DNA of 64,000 nucleotides from Histomonas meleagridis 2922-C6/04-290x (taxonomy: Eukaryota; Protista; Parabasalia). Shown piece by piece: positions 45,154 to 55,482 of the stretch. Position 1 is the first letter of the stretch. Each line of letters begins with the position of its first letter. Below the pieces are notes generated by a model. The model was given only the letters and a program-made list of their open reading frames with translations. It did not search any database and was not told the DNA's origin. The position numbers were made by a program, and so were the translations under genes. The stretch is taken from NCBI GenBank assembly GCA_020184695.1, contig JAANOX010000002.1:248001-312000 (forward strand), in the 5' to 3' direction.

Positions 45154-48108
45154 ATGCTTTCTCTTTTTTGGGCGATATTTTTTACATATTCTTTTTCTAC
45201 AGTTACTGTCACAATTAACAACAAGTTTGATGGTAGTGGTGATGACCTTGAAAGCGCAATTCAAGATGCAGCTAGCCGTCAACAAGGTGAAATTATTAAT
45301 TTATCAATTAATTCAGGAGAGATAATAGGAAACATGGGGCAAATAATTCAGAGTTTATGTAAAAATGTCACAAACTTTTATATTCAAAAAGAGGCACATC
45401 TTCCAAATAATATTTTACCAACTTATTCATTTGCAAATCATAAAAATTTAAGAACAGTTTACATTGCTTCAGGAGTAAATATTTCATTAGGAGATTATGC
45501 ATTTTTATTATGTCAAAATTTGGAATCAGTAATAATTGAAAACTTAATAACGATTGGAAATCACACATTTCATGGTTGCATGAAGCTTAGCTCATTCGTT
45601 TCTTTTCCTAGTGTTACAACCATTGGTGAATATTGTTTTATGAATTCAAGCATTGTTAGTGCAAGCTTTCCTTTACTCAAAAAACTTCCTAAAGGAGCAT
45701 TTTGTATATGTGTGAGTCTCACAACAATTGATACGCCAAATGTTGAGTCTATTGAAAGTTTAGTATTTTCTACTACAAATCTACAAGATATCGAAATTGA
45801 AAGTGTGAAGACCATTTCAGCTGATGCTTTTCAGAACTGCCACAACTTAAATAGGATTGTCTTTAAGAATCTTCTCGAAATCCCAAGCGCTTTGTCCATT
45901 CCAAGCGCCCAAATCATCGATTTTGGGGCAGCCCGAACTTTATCCAATTCCACTTTTTCATACCAACGTCGGATCGTTCAATTGAATTTATCATCGGTAA
46001 CCGAAGTTCCATCATCATCATTTATCTTTTGTACCTCCCTTCAATCTGTATCATTATTATCAGCGACTTATATTGGTGACTCAGCGTTTCAATTCTGCAC
46101 CTCGTTATTATATTTAGAATTACCCAAAGTTGAAACCGTTGGTAGAAATTCATTTTCATCATGTATATCATTAGATTACATATATTTACTTAATGTAAAA
46201 TCTATAGCAGATAGTGCATTTTCTGATTGTCTTAATCTAATAACATTAGACATATTATATTGTAATAAATTAGGAGGCGAAGTATTTTCAGGTTGTACGA
46301 ATTTACATGAAATTCATTTACGGAATTTAATGAGCATTAATAACACAGTATTTAAAGGTTTGGTCAACATCGAATATGTCGAGTTATTAGGCATCAAAGT
46401 GATATCAACAAATTTATTTGCGAATTTAACAAAACTAAAAACAGTACATATAAATGATGCAACTGTTGTAAGTAGTAATAGTTTCGATGGCTGCGTTTCA
46501 TTGTCTGAAGTCATTATGCCGAATGTTGTCGAGATTCATGAAAGAGCATTTCAGAACTGTGAAAACTTGGCATTTCCGAATCAAACATGGGAGAAACTAT
46601 TGACATGTGATTCGAATGCTTTCAAGAACTGTTACAAATTTGTCGAAATTAATTTTCCGGTATTAAATTCATTGGGAAGCGAAGTCTTCAAAAACATTCC
46701 AATCAAACATATTCAAATTCCGAACTTAGAAAGTACCGGAGATTCATTTTTGGCTGATATTCAAATTGAATTGGATTATTCCCCTTTTGATAACTTGAAA
46801 TACATTGGCAAAAATTGCTTCAAAAATAACTCTTTACTGAAGGAAATTCGACTCCCAAATTTGATCGAAACCGATACGGGAACTTTTTCTGATTGTGTTA
46901 ACCTTCTCAAAGTTGAATTGCCGATGCTAACAAACGTTTCAAGTTCGTCTTTTGAAAATTGTATTTCAATTGAAAACTTCTCGTCTGATTCAATTACCTC
47001 AATTGGTTCAAAGGGGTTTTACGGCTGTAAGTCATTGAAAAACATTGAATTTCCAAACTTGAGAAGGATTTCATCGAAAACGTTTTCAAATTGCGTATCG
47101 TTGAAATCAATCGAATTCCCAAAATTAATTATTACTGAAACAAATTGTTTTGAAAAATGTACAAGTTTGGAATCTATTAGTCTTCCAATTATTGTTGATG
47201 TAGCCCAAGAAGCATTTAGTTATTGTACAAGTCTTAAACATGTGAACTTACCAAACCTTTCATCACCATCAAGAGCAAGCTTTCAATATTGTACGTCACT
47301 TGAAACAATAAATTTACCAAAAGGTACACCTTCATGTGATTATTTATTTTTGGGTTGCGTTAAACTTGTCAATTTTTCATTTTGTTATATCGACTTCATA
47401 GCCGAAGGGTCTTTTAAAGACTGTATTTCCTTAGAAGCAATTAATTTTTCCACTAATTTTATAAATGCACTTGCATTTGATAATTGTACCAGTCTTAAGA
47501 GCGTTTCTTTACCTACGGCTACGTCAATTGATAGCTATGCTTTTAGGTATTGCTTATCTTTGGTTGAAATCAATATCTCAACAGTGGTTACATTTTATGG
47601 CGATGGCCAATTTTACGGTTGTAAGAATTTGACAACGGTTACATTGGGTTCTTTACAAAAAGTGCCAGAGAGATCGTTAGATATCTTTTATGGATGCAGT
47701 TCCTTAAAAAGAATTGACCTTAATTCAAGTGAGCCTGGGACATTTAATGATTATTTCTTGAATAATTCTGGTATTGAGAAAATTGTTGTTCATCAAAAAC
47801 TCGTTTTTAATGCAACTTTATGTCTTCCTCATAGAAGTGATTACGCTCAATATAAGTCACACGATAGGGTTTGGAAACAGCTGAACGCTGAAACCCCAAA
47901 TGAAAATGATTATTTAGAAATTTGTATTTATACACTTGATGAAAAAACTAAGGATACTCCAGTAATGGAAATTGCACTTGGAGTTGTTGGAGGTGTTTTG
48001 TTGATCGCTTTAGTGCCAACTGTTGTAGTTTTAATATTGAAATATAGAAGAAATAAGAGAGAAAGAGAAAAGGCACTTTATTTGGCAATATCGGCCATTG
48101 ATGACTGA
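45154..48108 (+). CDS. BspA-like (TpLRR/LRR_5) surface protein
   Basis: Signal peptide, more than 25 units of the type IGxxAFxxCxSLxxIxLP, and a C-terminal TM helix IALGVVGGVLLIALVPTVVVLIL followed by KYRR. Confidence 0.92.
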   Translation: MLSLFWAIFFTYSFSTVTVTINNKFDGSGDDLESAIQDAASRQQGEIINLSINSGEIIGNMGQIIQSLCKNVTNFYIQKEAHLPNNILPTYSFANHKNLRTVYIASGVNISLGDYAFLLCQNLESVIIENLITIGNHTFHGCMKLSSFVSFPSVTTIGEYCFMNSSIVSASFPLLKKLPKGAFCICVSLTTIDTPNVESIESLVFSTTNLQDIEIESVKTISADAFQNCHNLNRIVFKNLLEIPSALSIPSAQIIDFGAARTLSNSTFSYQRRIVQLNLSSVTEVPSSSFIFCTSLQSVSLLSATYIGDSAFQFCTSLLYLELPKVETVGRNSFSSCISLDYIYLLNVKSIADSAFSDCLNLITLDILYCNKLGGEVFSGCTNLHEIHLRNLMSINNTVFKGLVNIEYVELLGIKVISTNLFANLTKLKTVHINDATVVSSNSFDGCVSLSEVIMPNVVEIHERAFQNCENLAFPNQTWEKLLTCDSNAFKNCYKFVEINFPVLNSLGSEVFKNIPIKHIQIPNLESTGDSFLADIQIELDYSPFDNLKYIGKNCFKNNSLLKEIRLPNLIETDTGTFSDCVNLLKVELPMLTNVSSSSFENCISIENFSSDSITSIGSKGFYGCKSLKNIEFPNLRRISSKTFSNCVSLKSIEFPKLIITETNCFEKCTSLESISLPIIVDVAQEAFSYCTSLKHVNLPNLSSPSRASFQYCTSLETINLPKGTPSCDYLFLGCVKLVNFSFCYIDFIAEGSFKDCISLEAINFSTNFINALAFDNCTSLKSVSLPTATSIDSYAFRYCLSLVEINISTVVTFYGDGQFYGCKNLTTVTLGSLQKVPERSLDIFYGCSSLKRIDLNSSEPGTFNDYFLNNSGIEKIVVHQKLVFNATLCLPHRSDYAQYKSHDRVWKQLNAETPNENDYLEICIYTLDEKTKDTPVMEIALGVVGGVLLIALVPTVVVLILKYRRNKREREKALYLAISAIDD

Positions 48109-48401
48109 GGAAATTTGTGTTGAAATAAAATTAGTCTTATAGAAAATATTTGGTTACAATGTAATGTTCGAACAAATGTATTTTTCTTGAATAAGTCATT
48201 TTGATGAGATCAATGAAACTTGTCCTCTGATATTATCCTTTGCTAATTTCATTCTTTAATAACATGTTTTATGCAGAATTTGGAGATTTTGATTTCGAAG
48301 AATTTGAAATTTTGCAGTGTCACTTTTTTATCTTCTGGTTGAAACTTATAAAAGATGAAATAATTTGTAGAACCACACATAATATGTTTACTTATTATGA
48401 A

Positions 48402-49289
48402 TCACACCATTCCGAGCTTTTGCATGAGCTTCTTCCTTAACTCCTCTTCAGATGCCTTTGGAGGAGGTCTTGCATGAGGTTTATGTGGCTTAACTGGCTC
48501 AATGAAAAGCTTCGGATACTCCTTTTGCATGAAAGATTCAGCCGAATTTTCGTTCGGATTCGATTCGTTCCATCGCATCTTATCGCGCGCAGAAATACGT
48601 GATACACGTGCAACTTGGATATCGGTGTCTAAACAAAGAAGAGGATACCTCGAATTTAGATATTCTTGTTCATAATCAAATCCTATTGATCGGATATCAG
48701 ATGTTAAAATTCGCATTAAAATACGAATTGGTGGGCTGTAAGCTTTTCTCTGATCAGTTACTTCACAAACCAGTCCACCATCGTACCACGCAAGACTAAG
48801 ATTTTTGACTTGATCAAGAATTTTGGGTGGAAGGAAGCCATTTGAAATATGGTATAGAATACTGTCCATGCCATCTGTGATCTTGCCTGTAATCTCTATT
48901 CCTGGAACAGTAGTCGAAAATGTAAAATAATCTGAATAAAAAATTAAGCGTAAAGATACAGTGAATGTGGAAAATGAACTACACGGAAGCCTACCATTTG
49001 CAATGGAATCTGTTCCAAAAATCTTTTGTTGAAAATTTGATTGTTGATGAATTTTTTTGAATATTTCTTCTCGATATTTGGAAAATGAAGAAGGATCTGT
49101 ATGGTTTAAATAGTAATGTATATTTTTATGATATTGCTTGAGAAGTGATGAACCTGTTCCATTTAACCTTGGTGGAAGATCTGATGCTTGCATATCTTCC
49201 TCAAAATCTGTAAAAAAATTAACATCAGTTTGCGTTGCTGCTTCATATTGTGAGGATGTAAAAGTAAATAGTGGAGGACTGTTTTCCAT
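48402..49289 (-). CDS. Spt20-like SAGA subunit domain protein
   Basis: ISNGFLPPKIL, WYDGGLVCEVTDQR and PLLCLD resemble Spt20 family motifs (FY.GC...EV.DYR; PL.LDP). Confidence 0.6.
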   Translation of the reverse strand: MENSPPLFTFTSSQYEAATQTDVNFFTDFEEDMQASDLPPRLNGTGSSLLKQYHKNIHYYLNHTDPSSFSKYREEIFKKIHQQSNFQQKIFGTDSIANGRLPCSSFSTFTVSLRLIFYSDYFTFSTTVPGIEITGKITDGMDSILYHISNGFLPPKILDQVKNLSLAWYDGGLVCEVTDQRKAYSPPIRILMRILTSDIRSIGFDYEQEYLNSRYPLLCLDTDIQVARVSRISARDKMRWNESNPNENSAESFMQKEYPKLFIEPVKPHKPHARPPPKASEEELRKKLMQKLGMV

Positions 49290-49539
49290 CCTCTTTTCCT
49301 GATCCTGACATGTGATGTGAAAAATATTAAGGTTGTAAAACTTAAAAAAAGAAAAACTTAAAGAATGAACAATATTAACATATTATTCCATTTAAAGCAA
49401 ATCTTAAAATGCATTGTAATATCACTTTAAATACATAGGGGTAGGAATAAAAATATTCGAAAATTTAATTTGGTTCATTCACAATAACGAAAGAAACAAT
49501 AAAAAAAAATGATAATAAATAATTATTGATATATTGTTT

Positions 49540-49962
49540 TTAGAAAACTGCTGGAGCAACAGAAGCAATCTTTGGCCAAAGTTCTGCGCATTCCTTAGCA
49601 ACTGGACCTGTGATTGCAGAACCTTTCATTTCACCTTTATCGTTGATAACAACACCTGCGTTATCTTCGAAGCCGATGACAACGCCATCCTTACGACGCC
49701 ATAATCTCTTTTGACGAACGATAACTGCGCACATAACCTTCTTACGAAGTGTTGGCTTACCCTTCTTGATGGTAACAACAATAAGGTCAGAAACTGTTGC
49801 AGCAGGGAGTCTGTTAAGCCTTCCTTTATGACCACGCTTTGAAATAACAAACATTGTTTTGGCACCCGAGTTATCAGCGCATTGCACGACTGCACCAACT
49901 GGAAGAGCAAGTGTCATTGCGAATTTGGTGCCTTGTTGACCTGTACGTCCTCTCTTGGACAT
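49540..49962 (-). CDS. RPL23: 60S ribosomal protein L23 (uL14)
   Basis: [30 protein letters not shown] and [30 protein letters not shown] motifs; true start at 49962. Confidence 0.97.
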   Translation of the reverse strand: MSKRGRTGQQGTKFAMTLALPVGAVVQCADNSGAKTMFVISKRGHKGRLNRLPAATVSDLIVVTIKKGKPTLRKKVMCAVIVRQKRLWRRKDGVVIGFEDNAGVVINDKGEMKGSAITGPVAKECAELWPKIASVAPAVF

Positions 49963-49968
49963 TCTCGA

Positions 49969-50005
49969 AAAGGAAACGGTTTTGCCAGCCATAACAGCGA
50001 CCGTT
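49969..50005 (-). promoter_or_regulatory. M3-like plus M5 core promoter of RPL23
   Basis: The minus strand reads AACGGTc...ttCCTTTTcgagaATG. Confidence 0.6.
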
Positions 50006-50290
50006 AAGATATCATCAAATAAAATTTGAGATTGCAATTCCATTTTTCTCAACGAATAATCAATATTTTGATTATATCAATCTTTATCATAATGACAGCT
50101 AGTTTGGTTATTACAAGAAATATTATTTTTTATGATAGTTGATAAAATATTAATTTTTTGAAATTATAACTTCAACTTTATTTTATAAAATTTTATAAAA
50201 TTTTTATTAAGCAAATTTGATTTTATAATGCTCATATCCTAAGCAATATAGAGTTAATTTAAAAGTAAGAGCAAAATATTATTTTATGAA

Positions 50291-51514
50291 CTATTTATTA
50301 TGTAATTTTTTAATTTCCTCTATAGCTTTTCCGACGGTCATTTCAGGAGGGAAATTCCTCATGAAGTATCCCACAGCTTTATTAATTTTATTTGCATCCT
50401 CATCCGATAGCGCAGTTGGCGAATACTGAAATCGATTTGTTATAATATTTTTCCCATTTCCTGTTTTGGAAAAGCTCGACAACGTCACAGTGTTCTCGCA
50501 CATTTTGCTGTGCATATTTTGCAGGAGGCAAATGTCTTCGATTGGCTTCCGAATGTTAAACTGTCCAATGTTCGAAACCCAAACAATTGCATTTTTATCA
50601 TCAACGCAACCATAACTTGTGCTTTGTTTTAATGCATTAAAAATTTCGCCATTAAATACTTTATTGTTGAATTTGTTTCGTAATTGTTTGCCAGCTTCAT
50701 ACAGTGTCATTTTATCATCGATCTTATCAAGAACAACACTAACTGATGCAAAGTTATTACCAACAAAATCAATTTTCGATTTTTGTTGTGGGGAAACAAA
50801 AGAACGCAAATCAACGCATGTTAAACACCCAATGTTCAGTGGGCGTTTGACTCGTTGCATTGTTTCGGTTGCAATTGCAATGGAGAGCCATAATGACTCG
50901 GTGAGGCCGTTAAGCTTATTGGTAGATTTGTTATACCACTTGTGATTTTCAATGGGAAAACTATCCATGATGTTGCGTCGGTGAAGTGTGGATGGCGTTT
51001 CTGGATGTGAATAAGTTATTGGCATTCGTGATACTTTTAATTCATCTTCTTCTAAATGTGGATAAGGCTTTGCCGTTTTGAGCTCATTTGAAAAGAGTTC
51101 ACCAACTGTTAGTGGAAGCCCATTAACTTCTTGAATATTGTCATCAAGAAGAACTGGCGTAAGTTTCCTGTAAAATCCGCCATCTGTAATGCCATGGCAT
51201 GAACAAACAGAAACAAAGGTATCATTTGCTGCTATAGTTGCTAGGACTTTGGAAAAATCTGGCCAATAATGTTCACTAACATATAATGCTGCTTCATATG
51301 CTGTTTTGATTGAATTTGGAAGTGAATGAACTGTTCTACTGGTTGGGCGCGTTATAAAATTTTCTCCATCTGTTTTGAGACGAAATCCAATTATTGATTT
51401 ACGAATATTATCGATAATTTTTGGTATCACGTTTGGGTTTCCCACCCCAACTGAATACATAAGTATTTCGTGTGCAGCTATGAATCTTTTTTCGAACTGA
51501 GAAAGTTTCCTCAT
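50291..51514 (-). CDS. CoA-dependent acyltransferase / condensation-fold protein (HxxxD)
   Basis: CSCHGITDGG matches the HxxxD(G) catalytic motif; VDLR and SNIGQF segments resemble this fold. Confidence 0.55.
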   Translation of the reverse strand: MRKLSQFEKRFIAAHEILMYSVGVGNPNVIPKIIDNIRKSIIGFRLKTDGENFITRPTSRTVHSLPNSIKTAYEAALYVSEHYWPDFSKVLATIAANDTFVSVCSCHGITDGGFYRKLTPVLLDDNIQEVNGLPLTVGELFSNELKTAKPYPHLEEDELKVSRMPITYSHPETPSTLHRRNIMDSFPIENHKWYNKSTNKLNGLTESLWLSIAIATETMQRVKRPLNIGCLTCVDLRSFVSPQQKSKIDFVGNNFASVSVVLDKIDDKMTLYEAGKQLRNKFNNKVFNGEIFNALKQSTSYGCVDDKNAIVWVSNIGQFNIRKPIEDICLLQNMHSKMCENTVTLSSFSKTGNGKNIITNRFQYSPTALSDEDANKINKAVGYFMRNFPPEMTVGKAIEEIKKLHNK

Positions 51515-51646
51515 TTCAAATGTCGATACATGAATTCAATGGTAAAGTATTCAATTTCATTTGACAAACAGAGTCTCTAAATTTCGACTTCACAACTGTT
51601 ATTGTAACTCAGGAAGTTGACTCAAACTTTTAATAAACTTTGGTTT

Positions 51647-53115
51647 TTACTCTTTTCCTTCACATTTTTGGATATCAGTACAAATTTCTTGATTTTTGCC
51701 TTCAAGTATTTGAATAATGTCTTCTCGTTTGTGTTCTTGTGCAATTTTAAGTGCTGTCTTATGTTATCATAATAATTTCCAAACATTATTTTGAAATACC
51801 AAATTATTATATTAAATTTTAAATGATATAATTTAATATCTTGAGCATTGATATCTATTCCTTTTTGTTCAACAAGTAATTTCACAATTTCTTTATGACC
51901 ATTTTTAGAAGCTACCATAAGAGCCGTATGAAATTATTTAAATAAAATCCAAATAATATATTGGAATTTCAATATATTAAAATAGATATTCAATAATATA
52001 TGCAAATATCTTTAACATTAATATCAATTTCTTTTTGGTCTAGAAGTAATTTAACTATATTTGTATAACCTTTTTCAGATGCATAAATTAATACCGTAAA
52101 AAATATTCTAAATTATCGCCGAATATTACTTTGAAATTTTAAATTATTGAAACATATTTTAAATAAAGCAAATTAATATCTTTAGCATTAATATCTATTC
52201 CTTCTTGTTTGAGAAGTAATCTAATCGTTTCTTCTTGTTTTCTAATAGATGCTTTCATTAGTGCCGTATTAAATAATTTATATAATTTTGAAGTAATATT
52301 ATGAAATGCAAAATCATTAGTTGAAATAACTAATAAAATGAATAAATATCCTTAGCATTAATATCAATTCCGTCATATTCTAAAAGTATTTTCGTTATTT
52401 CATTAAAGCACTGAAATGATGCCTTCATAAGTGCTGTTTCAAATAATTTATATCATTTTGAAGTAATGTTTCAAAATCCCAAATTAGGAAATTAAACACG
52501 TAATAAAACAAATAAATATTTTTAGCATTGATGTCGATTTCTTTTTGTTCAAGAAGTAGTTTAACTATTTCTGTATGACCACGTTGAGACGCCAATATAA
52601 GTGCTGTATTAAAAATCGAATATAATCTCCAAATATATTTATGAAATCATAAATTTTGTAAAGGAATATGATATAAAAGTAACAAAAATCTTTGGCATTA
52701 ATATCAGTTCCTTCTTGTTCAAGAAGTAATTTAACCATTTCAATATTACCACAAAAAGATGCAATAATAAGTGCTGTTCGGAATAATTTAAGTAATTTCC
52801 ATAATTTATTTTAGAATATCGAAAAATTAGAATAAATATAAAATATAGTAGATTAATATCTTTAGCATTAACATCAATTCCTTTCTGTTCAAGAAGAATC
52901 TTTACTAATTCAATATAGCAATGACGAGATGCCCAATGAAGAGCTGTTTCAATAAATTTTGATTAACACCAAATTCTTCTTTTTCCGTTTGAAATAATAA
53001 AATGAACTATCAAATATTACACAGGAACATATTTCTTATTGATATCTAAGATTTTGTTTTGGATTTCCCATTGAACAAATTCAGCCAATTCGTGGGTAGC
53101 CTGACTTTCGCACAT
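51647..53115 (-). CDS. Ankyrin-repeat gene A interrupted by 32 non-canonical ~17-nt elements (8 cassettes); decoded product 307 aa
   Basis: Seven full 30-codon TAL...KD blocks and a terminal partial repeat recur with an exact 170-bp period. Removing 31x17 + 1x18 nt gives a 924-nt ORF from ATG 53115 to TAA 51649-51647 with no internal stop. Confidence 0.8.
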
Positions 53116-53466
53116 TTGAAACTGGGGTTATTGAGGCATTTTTGAATTCAAAAACTGTCGCATTGAAATTTAAATTCGAAAACCGAAAATCTACCTCTCA
53201 AAATTAAAAAAAACAAGTTGTGGCATTTTAAAGTCAGTGGCACGTGTCACTTTTTCAAAATTTTTCAAGTTCGACTTTTTGTGAGCATGCTCCTGAACGT
53301 TCAGAACAAACTTCTCCAAAAATGAGATGCGAGAGAGCATTCGAAGAGTGGTCCTTTATGATGGTGCGCCAATCGATTTTTTATTCATAAAAATCCCATT
53401 CACAAAAAGTGTAACACGTGAGAATCAATAATTTGAAGAGGCCATTTTCTTAATATTTTTATTTAT

Positions 53467-55482
53467 TTACGCTAATTCTTTATATTCATTTCTGTCAGAT
53501 GAAATTACTATTAATTTCTTTTCAAGAACTATCTCTCGTGAAGATTTCCCAATTAACACTTTGTAATTTCCTGTTACTGACAAAAACTTTTTATATTTTG
53601 GATAATACAACGCGAATGACCTTTTATCCAATGACATTTCGACCATTTTCTTTTCGCCAGGTTCCAATGATATCTTTTTGAATCCCTTTAATTCCTTTAT
53701 TGGTCTGTTTAGACCTCTTCTTGGGCCTTCTATATACATTTGCGCGACTTCCTTTCCGAAACATTCGCCAACATTTTTTATTTCGAATTTCACAATTATT
53801 TTCTTATTATCAAAAGTCTTTTTCCCAACTGATAAATTTAAGTTTGAATATTCAAACGAAGTATAACTTAACCCAAAACCAAAAGGAAACAAAACGTTCA
53901 TTTTCTTCATGTCATAATATCGATAACCTATAAAAATACTTTCGTGATAAATCGTTTGATTTCGTTCACCAAAATCAAGAAATGATGGATTATCTTCCAT
54001 TCTTAATGGAAATGTTTCTGCAATTTTTCCCGATGGGTTAACTTCGCCAAATAATATCTTCGCTAATGCTTCAGAACCTGCTTGTCCACAATAATATGGA
54101 AACACAATCGATTTCGGCTTATTTACCCACGGCATTTCTACAGGAGAACCTGCATAAACAACAACTATAACATTTTCTTGATAATTACATATTGTGTTAA
54201 TAAGTTCATTTTGTTCATCACTTAATGACATTGTTTTCCGATCTTTTGATTCTCGTTCACTTTTATCTGGTACTCCAACAAATATAATTGTTACATCCGA
54301 ATTTTGAGCAGCTTCAATTGCTTCATCAAGATAATTTTCATCGTTTTCATCTCTTAATAATTTATATCCTTTAGAATATTGTATTTGTTCAATAAATTCT
54401 TCAATTGATTCATACGCAGTTTTTGGTGTAATCGAACACTTCACTCGTGAACTCCCCCATCCTTGTGCGCGAACATTTTTTGCTTCTTGTCCGATAATTG
54501 ATATTTTACTATTTCGTTTTAATGGTAATAAGTTTCCTTCGTTCTTGAGTAAGACAATACATTCTTCAGCGACTTCGCGTGAAAGTTGATGATGTGCATT
54601 TTGATCAAATGTAATATTTTTCTTTTGTGAATTCGCTTTAAGAACAAATTCTAAAACACGTTTTACACAGTTATCAACTGACTCAATTTGAAGTAAACCA
54701 TTTTTAACATCATCTATGACCATTTTAATCGAATCAATTTCGGGTTTGGGCATTTCAAGATCAAGGCCAGCGGCACAAGATTTGGATCTGTTATGAACTG
54801 CAGACCAATCAGAAACAATAAAGCCATCAAACCCAAATTCATTTTTTAAAATGTCTGTTAACATTCTTTTGTTTTCAGCAAGAAATTCCCCATTTAATGA
54901 GTTATATGAACACATTATACTCCATGGATGTGCATGTTTTACAATCATTTCAAACGCAGGTAAATAAATCTCATAAAGTGCCCTTTCATCAACAATCATA
55001 TCTCCATGCATTCGATTCCCTTCAGAATTATTACATGCATAATGTTTAACGCATGCGCCAACGCCTTGGCTTTGGAGGCCTTCAACATAAGAAATTCCGA
55101 GTTTTCCGCATAAATAAGGATCTTCAGTGAAATATTCAAATGAACGACCGCATAACGGTGATCGTTTCATGTTGATGGCTGGGCCAAGAAGTAAACTAAC
55201 ACCATAATGTTGACATTCTTCACCAAGTGCTTCACCCATTTTTCTTATTAAATCCTCATTAAAACATGCACCCAAAGCAGAAGAAGTTGGAAAACAAGTT
55301 GAAGGATATACAGTTCTGTCGTTTGCTTCACATCTGAGTCCATGAGGACCATCTGATATTTTAACAGAAGAAATTTCAAGTCTTGGAATTGGAGCTGTAT
55401 TCCAAAGATCTGAACCTACGATGAGTGTTGCTTTTTCTTCGAGTGTTAATTCTTGGAGAAGTTGTTCTATTTTGCTTTGCAT
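53467..55482 (-). CDS. Glycoside hydrolase family 3 beta-glucosidase (bacterial-type, no signal peptide)
   Basis: SDGPHGLR, GRSFEYFTEDP, KHYACN, the nucleophile motif FDGFIVSDW, GIFIGYRYY-like YHESIFIGYRYYD, FPFGFGLSYT and a C-terminal Fn3-like domain. Confidence 0.95.
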   Translation of the reverse strand: MQSKIEQLLQELTLEEKATLIVGSDLWNTAPIPRLEISSVKISDGPHGLRCEANDRTVYPSTCFPTSSALGACFNEDLIRKMGEALGEECQHYGVSLLLGPAINMKRSPLCGRSFEYFTEDPYLCGKLGISYVEGLQSQGVGACVKHYACNNSEGNRMHGDMIVDERALYEIYLPAFEMIVKHAHPWSIMCSYNSLNGEFLAENKRMLTDILKNEFGFDGFIVSDWSAVHNRSKSCAAGLDLEMPKPEIDSIKMVIDDVKNGLLQIESVDNCVKRVLEFVLKANSQKKNITFDQNAHHQLSREVAEECIVLLKNEGNLLPLKRNSKISIIGQEAKNVRAQGWGSSRVKCSITPKTAYESIEEFIEQIQYSKGYKLLRDENDENYLDEAIEAAQNSDVTIIFVGVPDKSERESKDRKTMSLSDEQNELINTICNYQENVIVVVYAGSPVEMPWVNKPKSIVFPYYCGQAGSEALAKILFGEVNPSGKIAETFPLRMEDNPSFLDFGERNQTIYHESIFIGYRYYDMKKMNVLFPFGFGLSYTSFEYSNLNLSVGKKTFDNKKIIVKFEIKNVGECFGKEVAQMYIEGPRRGLNRPIKELKGFKKISLEPGEKKMVEMSLDKRSFALYYPKYKKFLSVTGNYKVLIGKSSREIVLEKKLIVISSDRNEYKELA

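Noticed and set aside
51622-51918. Listed ORFs 51622..51918, 58422..58709, 43266..43619 and 43616..43852 as separate small genes
   Set aside because: They are fragments of the interrupted ankyrin loci that read through insert sequence.
51758-53028. Conventional GT-AG spliceosomal introns as the explanation for the ankyrin gaps
   Set aside because: There is no consistent GT at the 5' side, no AG or ACTAAC..CAG at the 3' side, and a single-intron model cannot recover the Gly codons placed 20 nt before the last linker codon.
51647-53115. CRISPR-like repeat-spacer array
   Set aside because: The conserved part is ankyrin coding sequence (90 nt, degenerate at third positions), the spacers are homologous to each other, and no cas genes are present in this eukaryotic context.
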